Shown here: positions 50,956 through 64,000 of the stretch, one piece after another | How positions within the stretch are numbered: position 1 is the stretch's first letter | Layout of the letters: every line of letters begins with the position of its first letter | NCBI RefSeq assembly: GCF_006345805.1 | Contig: NC_042999.1 | Span: 92,814,001-92,878,000, forward strand | Length of the DNA: 64,000 nucleotides | DNA from: Octopus sinensis | Taxonomy: Eukaryota | Reading direction: 5' to 3' | Translations under genes and position numbers: made by a program | The notes under the pieces: model-generated | The model's input: only the letters and a program-made list of their open reading frames with translations | Told to the model about the DNA's origin: nothing | The model's database searches: none

Positions 50956-51309
50956 ATGCATATATATTATTATCTTTGTTTTTTTCTACCAGTAATTACA
51001 AATAGAACAGGTTGAATTGCTTCTTTTCAAGGCAGCGCTCTCAGTGGTCAGTGGCCACTGGCAGTAGTAAACAGGTTTAACCTCTGCTGATCCAAAGGGT
51101 TCGAATATTCCTTTGTTTCTATGGGTGACCTCCCCATTATCTGCCGAATCTATTTACCGACCAGTAGCCTATGATCTAATTACCAAACTAGTTACTCAAT
51201 GAATGGTAGTGGTGGTGATGGTGATAATGATAAAATGAAAAATATTATGCTGCAGCTGCTAATGCTAAATACTATTAATACTACAATAATAATACTACAA
51301 CTACTACTA

Positions 51310-54300
51310 TTATGATAGCGCAGGAATCTGAGGCCCAACTACCATCCTGTGATAGTGTCACATAAAAACATTGGTAATTGCGCAACCTGATAACCGCTAC
51401 CTCATATGAGTGACAATGAAAAAATATAATATTGAAAATAACGGTGGGAATGAAACTGAAGCCAATGATGGTGACAGTGGTACACTCGGCAGGTACAAAG
51501 ATTCTGATCCGGCTCCAGCTTGTCGATATCTAGAAAGGGACTACCACACAAGGCGTAGACGGAGCAAGCAAATTAATGCTGTGGTAATCGATTGTTAGTA
51601 CCTTACTAACTGAACAACCCGGTAGATGAAAATGGTGCTCAAATTAGGGGTTACCGACAACGTATGTATGATCTTTGGAGAGAAAAGGGATTGTTTCACC
51701 TCACGGAACAGAAACTATGTGATCAAGCTAGAGCAATAAGAAAACATTGTTGGTTCACAGAAGTAGAGCTCGAAGCTATCAAAATACGGGTCATGGAAAA
51801 TAGCAGCAGAGATAACAATGAGAATAGAGTTCTTACTAATAAGTGTAATCCCATAGTACAGGAAAGGAGCAGTGGTAGTTTACTTGATGAAAGACATATA
51901 GATGATCTAAAAGAAGACAATAAAACTAATGGCAACATTACAGATGAAAAGAAGGCAATCTACGATAGAATAAAGGTAAGACTACAGTAGAAGGATAGCG
52001 ACATTATTTGCAAGCTTAAATAGGTTTATCGATGGAAATTGAACTAAGAATCGAAAAATGTCAATGAAATTCTGAAATACATCAAAACAAACAACATCAC
52101 AGAAACAAATAATTTGATCAAGGCAGCAAGTATTGTTCTAGCAGAAAATTTGGGTGTTAGTGTAAAGAAAAAGAAACATAATGGGAGTGGCAAAGGGAAA
52201 AATCCATGGTGGTAAAGAAGAATCAAAGCAGGGTTAGACGTGCTGTTGAAAGAAATCTCTGTGTTAAACCAAAAAGAGAAAGGGGAGGCTTAAAAGTGAA
52301 CAAAAATATAGGGCGCTGAAAAGAAAGTATAATATTGACAGAAAGGGCCTGAAAGTAATAGTGGAGGAACTGAAACAGCACCTTGTTGCAAAGAAACCAC
52401 AGATGGTCAGATATGACCAAAGCATGAAGCGTTACCATCAGAATAGGTTATTCAGAACAGATCAGAAGAGATTCTATAAAGAAATAAATGGAGAGTGTAC
52501 AGATGAAAAGTTGATAGCAGATAACATTAAAAGTGAAAGGTTTTGGATTGACAGCTGGAGCAAAGACAAGGAGCACAAGAAAGATGCTGAATGGCTGCAA
52601 GAACTGAAACAAATAGTAGTCTTTCCAAAACAGACAGAACTAGTCCCTTCGGTTAGGGAAGTGAAAAAAAATCAGCAAAAAAAAAAGGAGCAACAGGAAT
52701 TACTCCGGACTAGATGGAATTCAAGGCTACTGGATCAAAATATTTGGTGAATGTCATGCACGAATAGCTTGGCAACTCAACACCTTGTTAAATGCCGACC
52801 AAGCAAAATCAGAGTAGTTGACATTGGGTAGGACAGTGTTGTGCCTGAAAAGAATATAAAAAAATCAACACAGTAGAAAATTATCCTGTTTGCCAATTAC
52901 GTGGAAGTTATTGACTAGAATACTCGCAGAGTCAATGTACGAGCATCAGGAAAAAATTGAATCCTGCCACATGAACAGAAGGGTTTCAACTGTAAGTACA
53001 GAGGTAAAAAGGATCAGCTCCTGATAGACAAAACTGTACTTAGAGACTGGAAGAGGAGGAAAAGTAACTTACCCATGTCATGAATCGACTATCGTAAGGC
53101 GTACGATATGATTCCACGTTCTTGGATTATGGAGTGTATGAACGTATTTGGTACTGCATCGAATGTTGAGCGATTGCTTGTGAAAAGTATGGCGAATTAA
53201 AGGACGGACTTGACAGCATACGGAAGAAGTTTAGGGACAGTAGAAATAAGGAGGGGCATCTTCCAAGTGGACTGCCTGTCCCCACTGATCTTTGTACTGT
53301 GCTTGATACCGCTAACACTGATTCTGAGGGAAACAAAAGCTGGGTATGTATTCAAAAGTCGCCAGCAAAAAGTCAACCATTTGTTATTCATGGATGACTT
53401 CAAACTTTATGGTAAAGATGAATCCCAAATCAGTTCCCTCGATTATACGGTGTATACTTCCTCCAGTGCTGATATCGGAATGGAGTTCGGACTGAGAAAG
53501 TGTGGTGTGTTAGTCTTGAAGAGAGGCAAAATCAAATGTATAGACGGGCTAACGATACCGTCGGGGGAGGTTATGAAGCAGATAAAGGAGACGGGCTATA
53601 GGTACTTGGGGATTTGCGAAATGGATAAATTCATGGAGAAAGAAATGACAGAAAAAATTAAGGTGGAGTTCTTGCGCAGACTTAGACTTATCCTTAAGTC
53701 GAAATTAAATGGACGGAATAAGATCGAATCTATCACCACCTGGGCGGTTTCACTTCTTAGATATGGAGCAGGAGTAATCGCACGGACAGTAGACGAACTA
53801 AACAGCTTAGAAAGAAAGACAAGGAAGTTGCTAACTAGATATGGGTCACTCCACCCAAAAGGTGACAGAAAGAGACTGTATGAACCAAGAATAAGATGAG
53901 GAAGAGGACTTATTGGAGGCGAACACAACATTAGAGCAGAAGAAAACAACATAGCATGGTATGTAAAACATGCTACAGAACCGTTATTATTAGAAGTAAG
54001 AAGGTCAGACTTGTGTAGGATGAAAGATAGCAAAGATAAACCACTATACAAAAAATTGAAAACGAATGAAACTGAAAATAGGTGGGTAAATCAAGGAATG
54101 CATGGCCAATTTCATAGGGATGTTGAAGATAAGACAGACAGATAAAAAGGAACTGTAAATAGAGGCTGTAATCTGTGCTGCCCAAGAGCAAGCACTAAGA
54201 CCAAACTACATAAAATACAGAACAGACAACACATCAGAAAGTGGTAAGTGCAGAATCTGTGGACAAAACGGTGAAACCGTATGGCATATTGCCAGACAAT

Positions 54301-54900
54301 GTACGCCACTAGCCCAGAAGGAATAGAGGAGATGCCACGACAATATAGCCAGGCTTGTCCACTGGACACTTCGCAACAAGTCTGGTCTTGACAGAGAAAA
54401 AAATTGGTACTACCATAAACCTGAAGGCATCGTCGAAAATGGAAAGATACTATGGTTTTTTTGTTTGTTTCAGTGCGGCCATGAGATAGAGAATAGGACG
54501 CCGGACATATTCTGGGATAATGAGAAAGAAAACAAACGATGCTGAATCATAGATTTAGCATGCTCAGCTGACAACAAGGTATGCGGTAAGGAAGAATGAA
54601 ACTTCGAGAGATATGAGAGGTTAGCTTGGGAAGTTAAGCAGTTGTGGTCGATGAAAAAGATAGCAGTAGTACCAATACTTGTCGGAGCTCTGGGAACAGT
54701 GAGCAAAAATCTCGAGAAGTACGTGGAACAAATAGGGGCTGCAATAAGTGTGGAGCACTTTCATAAAAGAGCACTACATGGAACCGCTCAAATATTCCGG
54801 AAGGTGCTCGAAAAATAAGAGGTGTTACCTTAGTTCACTGGTTGGGAACAGCTGACACTGTAATACATCTCAAGCGTTAGAAGCTGTGCAAAGGCAATAA
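51310..54900 (+). mobile_element. Near full-length R4/Dong-type non-LTR retrotransposon (RT, CCHC and PD-(D/E)XK RLE), inactivated
   Basis: N-terminal EQKLCDQARAIRKHCWFTEVELEAI, RT GIFQVDCLSPLIF and LLFMDDFKLY, CRICGQNGETVWHI, RLE RTPDI...IIDLA. Ends in (TAA)n. Confidence 0.9.
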
Positions 54901-54954
54901 TAATAATAATAATAATAATGATAATAATAATAATAAGAAGAATAATAATAAGAA

Positions 54955-55001
<47 letters not shown>

Positions 55002-55385
55002 ATAGTAGTAGTAGTAGTAGTAGAAGAAGAAGAAGAAGAAGAAGAAGCAGAAGAAGAAGAAGAAAAAGAAGAAGACGAAGAAGCAGAAGCAGAAGAAGAA
55101 GAAGAAGAAAGAAGAAGAAGAAGAAGAAGAAGAGAAGCAGAAGAAGAAGAAGAAGAAGAAGAAGAAGCAGAAGAGAAGAAGAAGAAGAAGAAGAAGAAGA
55201 AGAAGAAACAGAAGAAGAAGAAGAAGAAGAAGCAGAAGAAGAAGAAGAAGAAGAAGAAGAAGAAGAAGAAGAAGGAGGAGGAGGAGAAGAAGAAAGAAGA
55301 AGAAGAAGAAGAAGAAGAAGAAGAAGAAGACGAAGAAGAAGGAGAAGAAGAAGAAGAAGAAGAAGAAAGAAGAAGAAGAAGAAGA
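54897..55385. repeat. (TAA)n-(TAG)n-(GAA)n compound microsatellite
   Basis: Direct reading of the sequence. Confidence 0.95.
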
Positions 55386-56095
55386 ATGGAATTTTTTATT
55401 GACCACAAAGGGCTTACATTCAGAATCATTATGGACAGTACAGAAAAAATATTGAATATATTTGTGTATGTGTGTGTTGTGAGGGTTTTGCGTGTAAACA
55501 TGTTTAATGTACCACTCTCTTTTAACCATGTGTAATCCTCCGTAGTGAGAAGACTTTCGAGGGATGATCATGGAAAACTGCCATAAAACCACACTTGCTC
55601 TGACTTCTGGCAGTGCCTTTTCTCATTTTCTACATCTCCGATTGCATGGGTATTTTGAAGGCCGGCCCGTTCACTGCCTCCATTCTAGGAAGATGAATGA
55701 ACCATGGGAGAAGAGAGAATTAGTGAATCAATTTATGAATTCAGAATGTATATTACACATGCTGGAACTTAGAAAGAAGGGGAACTAAAGAAGCATAACT
55801 ATCTTGAAATAGAAAAGAAGTATAATATACTGAGAAAAGTGTAAATATTACTGTTGAGGAGTTGAAATAAGGGATGTAGGCCAAGGCATCCAAACTGAAA
55901 AGATTTGAACGAAGATCACAACAATAGAATGATCCAGTACGTTCAGAATAATGTAGCAAAACTCGAGGGTTAGAGGAAGAAAGAAACAGTGACAAACCGG
56001 AAGCAAAGAAGAAGAAGAGAAGAAGAAGCAGAAGAAGAAGAAGAAGAAGAAAAGAGAAGAAGAAGAAGAAACAGAAGAAGAAGAAGAAGAAAGCA

Positions 56096-56126
<31 letters not shown>

Positions 56127-57097
56127 GAGGAGGAGAGGAGAAGAAGAAAAGAAGAAAAGAAGAAGAAGAAGAAGAAGAAGACGAAGAAGAATCAGAAAGA
56201 AGAAGAAGAAGAAGAAAAGAGAAGAAGAATAAGAAGAAGAAGAGAAGAAGAAGAAGAAGAAGAAGAAGAAGAAGAAGAATAAGAAGAAGAGAAGAAGAAG
56301 AAAAGAAGAAGAAGAAGAAGAAGCAGAAGAAGAAGAAGAGAAGAAGAAGAAGGAGGAGAGGAGGAGAAGAAGAAGAAGAGAAGAAGAAGAAGAAGAAGAA
56401 GAAAGAAGAAGAAGAAGAAGACGAAGAAGAAGGAGAAGAAGAGAAGAAGAAGAAGAAAGAAGAAGAAGAAGAAGAATGGAATTTTTTATTGACCACAAAG
56501 GGCTTACATTCAGAATCATTATGGACAGTACAGAAAAAAATATTGAATATATTTGTGTATGTGTGTGTTGTGAGGGTTTTGCGTGTAAACATGTTTAATG
56601 TACCACTCTCTTTTAACCATGTGTAATCCTCCGTAGTGAGAAGACTTTCGAGGGATGATCATGGAAAACTGCCATAAAACCACACTTGCTCTGACTTCTG
56701 GGCAGGTGCCTTTTCTCAGTTCTACATATCCGATTGCATGGGTATTTTGAAGGCCGGCCCGTTCACTGCCTCCATTCTAGGAAGATGAAATGAACCATGG
56801 GAGAAGAGAAGAATTAGTGAATCAATTTATGAATTCAGAATGTATATACACATGCTGGAACTTAGAAAGAGAGGGGAACTAAAGAAGCATAACTATCTTG
56901 AAATAGAAAAGAAGTATAATATACTGAAGAAAAGTGTAAATATTACTGTTGAGGAGTTGAAATAAGGGATGTAGGCCAAGGCATCCAAACTGAAAAGATT
57001 TGAACGAAGATCACAACAATAGAATGATCCAGTACGTTCAGAATAATGTAGCAAAACTCGAGGGTTAGAGGAAGAAAGAAACAGTGACACCGGAAGC
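55386..57097 (+). repeat. Direct duplication of a ~620-bp unit (55386-56004 and 56476-57097) separated by a (GAA)n array
   Basis: The units are near-identical and differ mostly by small indels. The second half is R4/Dong-like coding sequence. Confidence 0.9.
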
Positions 57098-57750
57098 AGA
57101 AGAAAGCAAATAATGTTGGTCAAGCATCTGGGATGATGAGATTACAGCATAACAAATATTTTGAATTGCTGAAATAATTGAGGGAGAATAAAACGAAGAG
57201 AAGTAAAGTGATACTTAAATGACAACAGTAATGGTAAGCATGTAAACCAAAACACTCCTAAGCGGGAATATCCTGGATCTGATGGGATCCAGGTCTTTTG
57301 GTTGAAAAAGCTGAATGGTTGAAAAAGCTTGAAAAAGATGAATGAGCGACCTGTTACGCAATTAGGCAGAGATATTCATATGGATGACAGTGGATAATTA
57401 TACAGATGACTTTGCTCAGACAGAAGAAACCTGCAAAAGGCTACGCAGTAGATAATTATACTCAAAAGTACGAGCCTGCAAAAGATGAGATTTCACATAT
57501 GTGGAAGAAACTCTCATCCCGGTACTTTTATAAGCATGGGATCATTATTAACCAGGTTTGAGAAAATTGTTGGAGAAATTGGGATTGACAACTTTATTGG
57601 GGACAACAAGGATTATGAGATTGGCACTTGGATGTTAAGTATTGTGGATGAAGGCCCTGTGAGACTCTTGGCAACAGGTTGTTGTCCCCTCATACAACAT
57701 TAGCCAGAGCTAATGAAATCGAGAGAACTAAGAGGTGAAATGGCAATAAT
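57097..57750 (+). mobile_element. R4/Dong-type LINE fragment continuing from the duplicated unit
   Basis: PGSDGIQVFWLKKL and a 3' end before an aat tail. Confidence 0.6.
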
Positions 57751-57763
57751 AATAAATAATAGT

Positions 57764-57953
57764 CTTTACTCTTTTACTTGTTTCAATCATTTTGAGTGCG
57801 GCCATGATGGAGCACCGCCTTTAGTCGAGCAAATCGACCCCAGGACTTATTCTTTGTAAGCCCAGTACTTATTCTATCGGTCTCTTTTGCCGAACCGCTA
57901 AGTTACGGGGACGTAAACACACCAGCATCGGTTGTCAAGTGGCTTTGGGGACG

Positions 57954-57985
<32 letters not shown>

Positions 57986-58150
57986 CGACAGGCTTCTTTC
58001 AGTTTCCTTCTACCAAATCCACTCATAAGAGTTTGGTCGGCCTGAGGCTATAGTAGAAGGCACTTGCCCAAGGTGCCACGCAGTGGGACTGAACCCGAGA
58101 CCATTATGGTTGGTAAGCAAGCTACATACCACACAGCCACTCCTTCGCCT
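57764..58150 (-). mobile_element. SINE family A, full length
   Basis: Reverse complement of the family A consensus. Confidence 0.9.
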
Positions 58151-59475
58151 ATAATTATTTTTAATAGGAAAGTTCACTTGACAAATTCCGTATTTCAAAT
58201 CATTTTACATAGTTTTCATTTTCATCAGTAGAATATTAACTAGAATCTCCATGCACTATACTTCAAAAATGTGTTATCTAACACATCAGCGATGGAAAAT
58301 GCCGTTTGTGAATTTCTCTATAAACATAAAAGCAATTTACTTAAGTATACAACGGCTTTCAGTCATTGATCGTTTGTCTATATATGTTTTCACAATCAAT
58401 CTATATACTGATGCATTTTGTTTCTGGCATTGCTTTTTTTCTTTTGTTACACATCATTGTTATAGTCTAATTTCCCCTTTATTTTCAAGCACATTATTTC
58501 GTATTTATAGAAGCTACTCTAACTTGATGTTAACTTATTGAAGAGAAATGATGCACTGAATAAACAAATAATGTCTGTGCTCTTGAATATTCTACCGTTA
58601 AGTCGGTAAGTGACCGCATTGATGCCGTATCATACAAGCATATTTTTTTCGATGTAAAACCAAGAGTATATATTAGTGTAGCTACAACATAGAGCTCTAT
58701 CTATATAAGGTTTAACCTTCTATACACTTAGCCATATTTAAGCTACATTTAAACAATTTGCATTTGTTTTAGTTAAATTTTTTTCGCATGAACATCCTTG
58801 ACCATTAAATACTCATAAATTACTCAGGCTAGTGCGTAGTTGCTGCTATTCCGTTTTAACTCTACAGATAAGATACAAGAATACTGGTTCATGAAGATTG
58901 CAGTTTTACTAAGGATTTTAGGAGCAAAGATACAACTTAATGTGTGAAGAAAAAAGATGAGTCCCGTGCAGCTTAGCAGCAAAAAGGCCAGAAGCTGATG
59001 TAACGAGTAATAAAAAACAAATAGAAAGAGAAGCTTATTTCCTGTATGATAATACTTGTACACAATTAGCAAGGAAATCATAGTTTCATAATTGGTAAGA
59101 CAGTTTTGAGTGGTTGAAAGGAAGGGATGTGCGACCTCTTCGATCGACACGATTAACTATTTACCTGAAATGCGTCAAGTTGACAGATACTTGAGCTACA
59201 TATGCAGTAGGGAATTTCAGAGTGTCCACATTCTCTGGAAGAAACTGGATAATGGTCTGGTTTGAGGCTTAAATACTTAAAAAAGAAAAAAAGTATGTAA
59301 AATAGACGTGTGTATTGAATATTCATGAGACGGCATGAGGCAAAGAAGCTGCGTAGAGCAGAAGCTATTGTAATAAGAATAGAAGTGTACAGGGGAGAGG
59401 CTATCTGTGGACTAGAAGAGTATGTCGGTGAAGAATTACATTTCAATTTGCCGATGCGAAAGAAGATACCTGTAT

Positions 59476-59916
59476 ATACATGGTGTCCCAGAATTAACTA
59501 TTTCAATGAAATCGAATAAATCTATTTCTTAATTATGATATCGAAACATATATTTATAAATCTTACGTCAAAATTTTATTGAAATTTTTCAACCAATGTT
59601 CCGTCTGTAACCCTGCAAATCCATTTTCTGCACTGCTAAATGCGTTCTTAAAGTTCAGCTAAACTATTTCTCCATTCTAGAGATGGAGGTAGAGAAAGTG
59701 ATTGCAGCCAAATTGAAAAAAAGCTGCCATGGACACATAAACGGGTTCCAGAAGGAATAAAAATAGAATTAAAAAAATTATAAAACTATCAAATTATAAT
59801 CAAAATTAAAACTTTATACACTTTTAAACATTAAACATGATAAACATAAATAAAGGCGAGCTTTTAAAAAAAATTGTCCGATTTCACTGAAATATATAAT
59901 TCAGGGATAACCTGTA
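59476..59916. mobile_element. Possible Tc1/mariner-type MITE relic
   Basis: Left TACATGGTGTCCCAGAATTA versus right reverse complement TACAGGTTATCCCTGAATTA. Confidence 0.5.
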
Positions 59917-62083
59917 CAGTAGCATCGTCATCTTATATGCTAAAAAGTTACTTCGTCGTTCCTCTAACCTAACTAGGATTAATGATTAATCCTCGTTTCA
60001 GAGATTGAAGGGAAGTGTCCTATGGCCTTAGAGTGGAGGGACAATCATTATGATACAGCTTCTTAATACGTTGAATATGTGCATTTCTCACGAGAGTTGT
60101 ACAAAAACAAGACAAGACATTTGTAGGAAGCTTTGTCCCGGACGATTGCGCTCTGCGAACAAGTCCGTCTATGGCTTACATGAGTTGTAGACTTAATCCG
60201 TTGCCATATTTTACATCCTCACCTGGTCCCATACGTATCTTTAGTAGATATCAGTCTGTACAACGGTAGATATCAGTCTGCTTCGAATCTGAGCTTATTT
60301 TCCTTTCTCGATTCCGTCAGTACCGGTGGCTCTAATATTGGTAATAGGACTATCTTCCCTGTTGATTGAAAGAATTCTAGTTGATTCTGTTTCTGTTTGA
60401 TATGTGAGATGAGACGTACGATGAGCCATTCTTGTTATGTGTAATGATTATGTTCCTTGCTGTTGAAGGAGACACAATTGCATATTCCCACTGAAATATG
60501 TTTTCGATGTCTTTGCTCATGAAATTCGTATTGATTTGCTGTGATTTGTTTTGGCTGCATGTGAATAGCACTTGAATGTTGAAGCTTGGATTGAAATAAA
60601 GGAAGGTATCTTCGTACGAGTGGCGGTTGATAAATATGTCTGCAAGTGCGACATAAATATATAAGAGGAGGTGAACGATGACATGTTTGCGCGCGTGTGT
60701 GTAGTAAAAATGTTATATAAGTATAGGGTCAAAAATAATCTTCGTAGAGCATCAACCTAGAAAATAATGTATGTTGTCATTACGTATTCAAGGCGACATA
60801 AGAAAATACCAGAAGTATGTGAGGCTCCTTATTTTGGAGCTTTCAGCAGTTTGAATATCATGCGTAGATAGTGAGCAATCATCCTGTGATATGTATCATC
60901 GTATTTTAGTGTTGTTTAATATTATATAATTGACCCCGATAACATTGAAGAAATCTCTAATTGAAAAGTAAAAGTCCTGCGCTCCAGAAACATCGTAAAA
61001 TTGTTTTCCCTATATATTTAACTTCAACTAACTTTAATCGTCATAAGGAAATACATTTGGTCGAAAATGTTTGTACAGTTATTGTACTGGTAAATTTCAA
61101 ATTTCCTGTGAGTTTAAACAATATTCATATTGCTACCTTTTACACTACATTCTATTAGCTTTCAAGTATGAACGATTCATAAGCGCGCCTGAATATTTTC
61201 ACTATACTGTGATACTTAAAACTTGTAATGTCATTAGTACTATCTAAAGAAAACACTGTGCAAACAGAAATGTATCTACATAACGAATGTATAATAAAGA
61301 AATGCAACAATGCTAGCTCTATTTCAGATGTATGTCTGGAATTTGTGTATGATTCTATTACCATAAACAGCATCAGCTGTAGAGTGTTTAACAGTTCTCA
61401 GAGCCAGTATTATTTCGTGTAAAATTTGATTTGCAAATCTCAATACACTCTACAAAATTATCTTTTACAGTACTGATATAATCTACACCATAAATGTCAA
61501 CATATTCGTTCACATTCTACTGCTGAATTGAAAGCCATCTTTGACGTTGTCACGGCGTAAATATTACTTTTATTCTGCATTTTGAAGAGACTTTAAATGT
61601 TATAGCCTACTCCTGACACTTTTACAACGGTTATAACACCATATGTAAATCGAAAGAATGAGGATTTGTCAATGTTAGTATATTGTATTGAATTGTTTCC
61701 AGACTACATATTCACGAATTCTAGAAGGAAAGCTTACGAGGTATAAATTAATTATGATTTCAAACGATGCTATAAGGGCACATAATCTTTAGGAGATATT
61801 GAGTGGAGAACATCGCTATGAGCGTGTGGCTATTATTTCTTCACTGACAGAGATATCAAGGTTGATTTCTTATGATTGTGAAACAAAAAGGTAATTGATT
61901 TTTTTCCTTTAGTTTCCAGTAAATTCCTGTAGAATATATATCGTTCTTAACACAGCGATATATCTTCATCTGTAAGAAGCAGGAAGGAGAGCACAACTAT
62001 ACACATTAGACGGCAGTTATCTCAAGATGTAATGTAATACACCTGATACATATTCATATGCATACACATCTGTATGTATATAC

Positions 62084-62253
62084 GTGTAGGAGTGGCTGTG
62101 TGGTAAGTGGCTTGCTTACCGACCACATGGTTCCGGGTTCAGTCCCACTGAGTGGCATCTTGAGTAAGGGTCTTCTACTATAGCCTCGGGGCGACCAAAG
62201 CCTTGTGAGTGGATTTGGTTGACGGAAACTGAAAGAAGCCCGTCGTATATATG

Positions 62254-62311
<58 letters not shown>

Positions 62312-62517
62312 ATGTGTGTGTGTGTGTATGTTTGTGTGTCTGTGTTTGTCTCCCTAGCATTTACGTCGCCGTCACTTAGCGGTTCGGCAAAAGAAATCGA
62401 TAGAATAAGTACTGGGCTTACAAAGAATAAGTCCTGGGGTCGATTTGCTGGACTAAAGGTGGTGCTCCAGCATGGCCGCAGTCAAATGACTGAAACAAGT
62501 AAAAGAGAGTAAAGAGT
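62084..62517 (+). mobile_element. SINE family A, full length
   Basis: Matches 21164-21570. Confidence 0.9.
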
Positions 62518-62521
62518 ACAC

Positions 62522-62562
<41 letters not shown>

Positions 62563-62599
62563 TATCAGTGACAGAGATACCAAGGTTGATTCCGTAGAA

Positions 62600-63370
62600 G
62601 TGTGAAACGAAGGTAAATGTTATTTTACCTTTCATGTCTCTATAGTTTCCAGTACATTCTTCACATACATACTTCCATACATACACAAGTATCTTTCATA
62701 AGATTCTTGCAAAGTATTATAGGATGGCAAGTCCACAAAATGAGCTTAAATTCTCATGTCTTTCATTCTTTTAGAGACAATTTTGGACTTGGTGCTAAGT
62801 GCACCAGTTACTGCAGGTGTAATTGTTATTTAAACTTCTACAGGCCCCTCAGCTCTGTGGATTGATCTTGATATTTTCTTCATATATTTTCACTTTCTTT
62901 GGTATTCGACTCTGCTATCAGGGAATTTGAAAATCTATTCATATTTTCCATTGACCACTATAGTCATATCTGCCCTATTTGCTTCAATAGTACGGTTAAT
63001 CATTAAGGTGAAGTTCTACAAGATCTTATAATTCTCCTTTTCTATCACAGTCTCAGCTTCGTTTTCTTACCACTTTTTGTTAGTTTGAAACAACACTCTC
63101 TGTTAATATCCTAATAATAATAATAAAAATAAAAATAATAATGATTATTATTCTGTAGTCTTGTCTTTATCACGTACTTTCACTGCACAACCGAGCGCAT
63201 CTCTGTGTGCCTTGGGTATGTGCTGTGGGTTGTTGTAGTGCTCTTATTTTTCCTGCATTGAAAGTCTGTTACGCAGAATGTGTGCGGTACCTAGCAGTGC
63301 TATTTTCTGTATGTTATATATAATTGAAAATCCTAGTACTTTTGTTATGTATTTGTCTGAATGTTTTATA
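62600..63370 (-). mobile_element. Two stacked 3' fragments of R4/Dong-type LINEs
   Basis: Minus-strand RLE-region remnants (RTIEANRADMTIVV) and IQKIALLGTAHILR with a (TAA)n tail near 63110-63150. Confidence 0.65.
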
Positions 63371-63399
63371 TCATACGTAGTGCGTGTTCTATCATAGGA

Positions 63400-63505
63400 A
63401 ATGTTTCTTCTTCTTCTTCTTCTTCTTCTTCTTCTTCTTCTTCTTCTTCTTCTTCTTCTTCTTCTTCTTCTCTTCTTCTTCTTCTTCTACTTCTTCTTCT
63501 TCCTC

Positions 63506-63537
<32 letters not shown>

Positions 63538-64000
63538 CTTCTTCTTCTTCTTCTTCTTCTTCTTCTTCTTCTTCTTCTTCTTTATCACAGATTTTGTTGG
63601 AGTTCCTTGTATCTTACAAGCGTAGCAGGCTTGCCACCTGCAGTCTACGACACCATAGTATCCATTCTTTTCAGATATATAATACTTTCTTGATTATTCT
63701 TGCCGTGCCAAGGAGGTAAACACTTTTTTACACAATTCCACCGGGCACTATATTCCAATTTCCTTTATGTCTCCATTGATGCCTTCTGGAACTGTTCTCA
63801 AGAAAGCAAACGATAATTGGCACTATCTTCACCTTCTTCATTTCCCATAGTCGGGCTGTTTCGTACTTAAGCGCGTTGTATTCATCTATCTTTTCGCCTC
63901 CCTTCTTCACTATTCATGGGTTAAAAGGGTATGCAACAGCAACTGTATAGCATATTTGGTGCATCTTGTCCACCACCTCTAGGTTCGGCTTGCTATGCTC
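63400..64000 (-). mobile_element. R4/Dong-type LINE 3' end with a long (GAA)n tail, cut by the window edge
   Basis: EKIDEYNALKYETARLWEMKKVKIVPIIV and LLGTARIIKKVL. The tail spans about 63404-63582. Confidence 0.75.

Noticed and set aside
58200-58232. Minus-strand CUGAUGA...GAAAAC...GUA
   Set aside because: No stem I or stem II pairing, so likely a chance match.

Overview
AT-rich, microsatellite-dense eukaryotic DNA. The SINE families, repeat spectrum and simple-repeat load point to an octopus or other coleoid cephalopod (inference). I cannot support any intact host protein-coding gene, and most ORF-track entries are microsatellite read-through. The window is a patchwork of transposon relics: Penelope-like elements (PLEs, GIY-YIG), R4/Dong-type RLE LINEs, RTE LINE fragments, mariners, Helentron/Helitron-type non-autonomous elements and two tRNA-derived SINE families. 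The unexplained signal is a set of hammerhead ribozyme (HHR) motifs read directly from the sequence. An intact minimal HHR sits downstream of a PLE GIY-YIG ORF. Several (TA)n-embedded fold-back palindromes carry HHRs on their arms, three loci with the compensatory U3-A8 core variant. A ~392-nt tandem array carries one type I HHR per full unit and is a candidate non-LTR retrozyme. All folds were assigned by eye and none was computed or tested.
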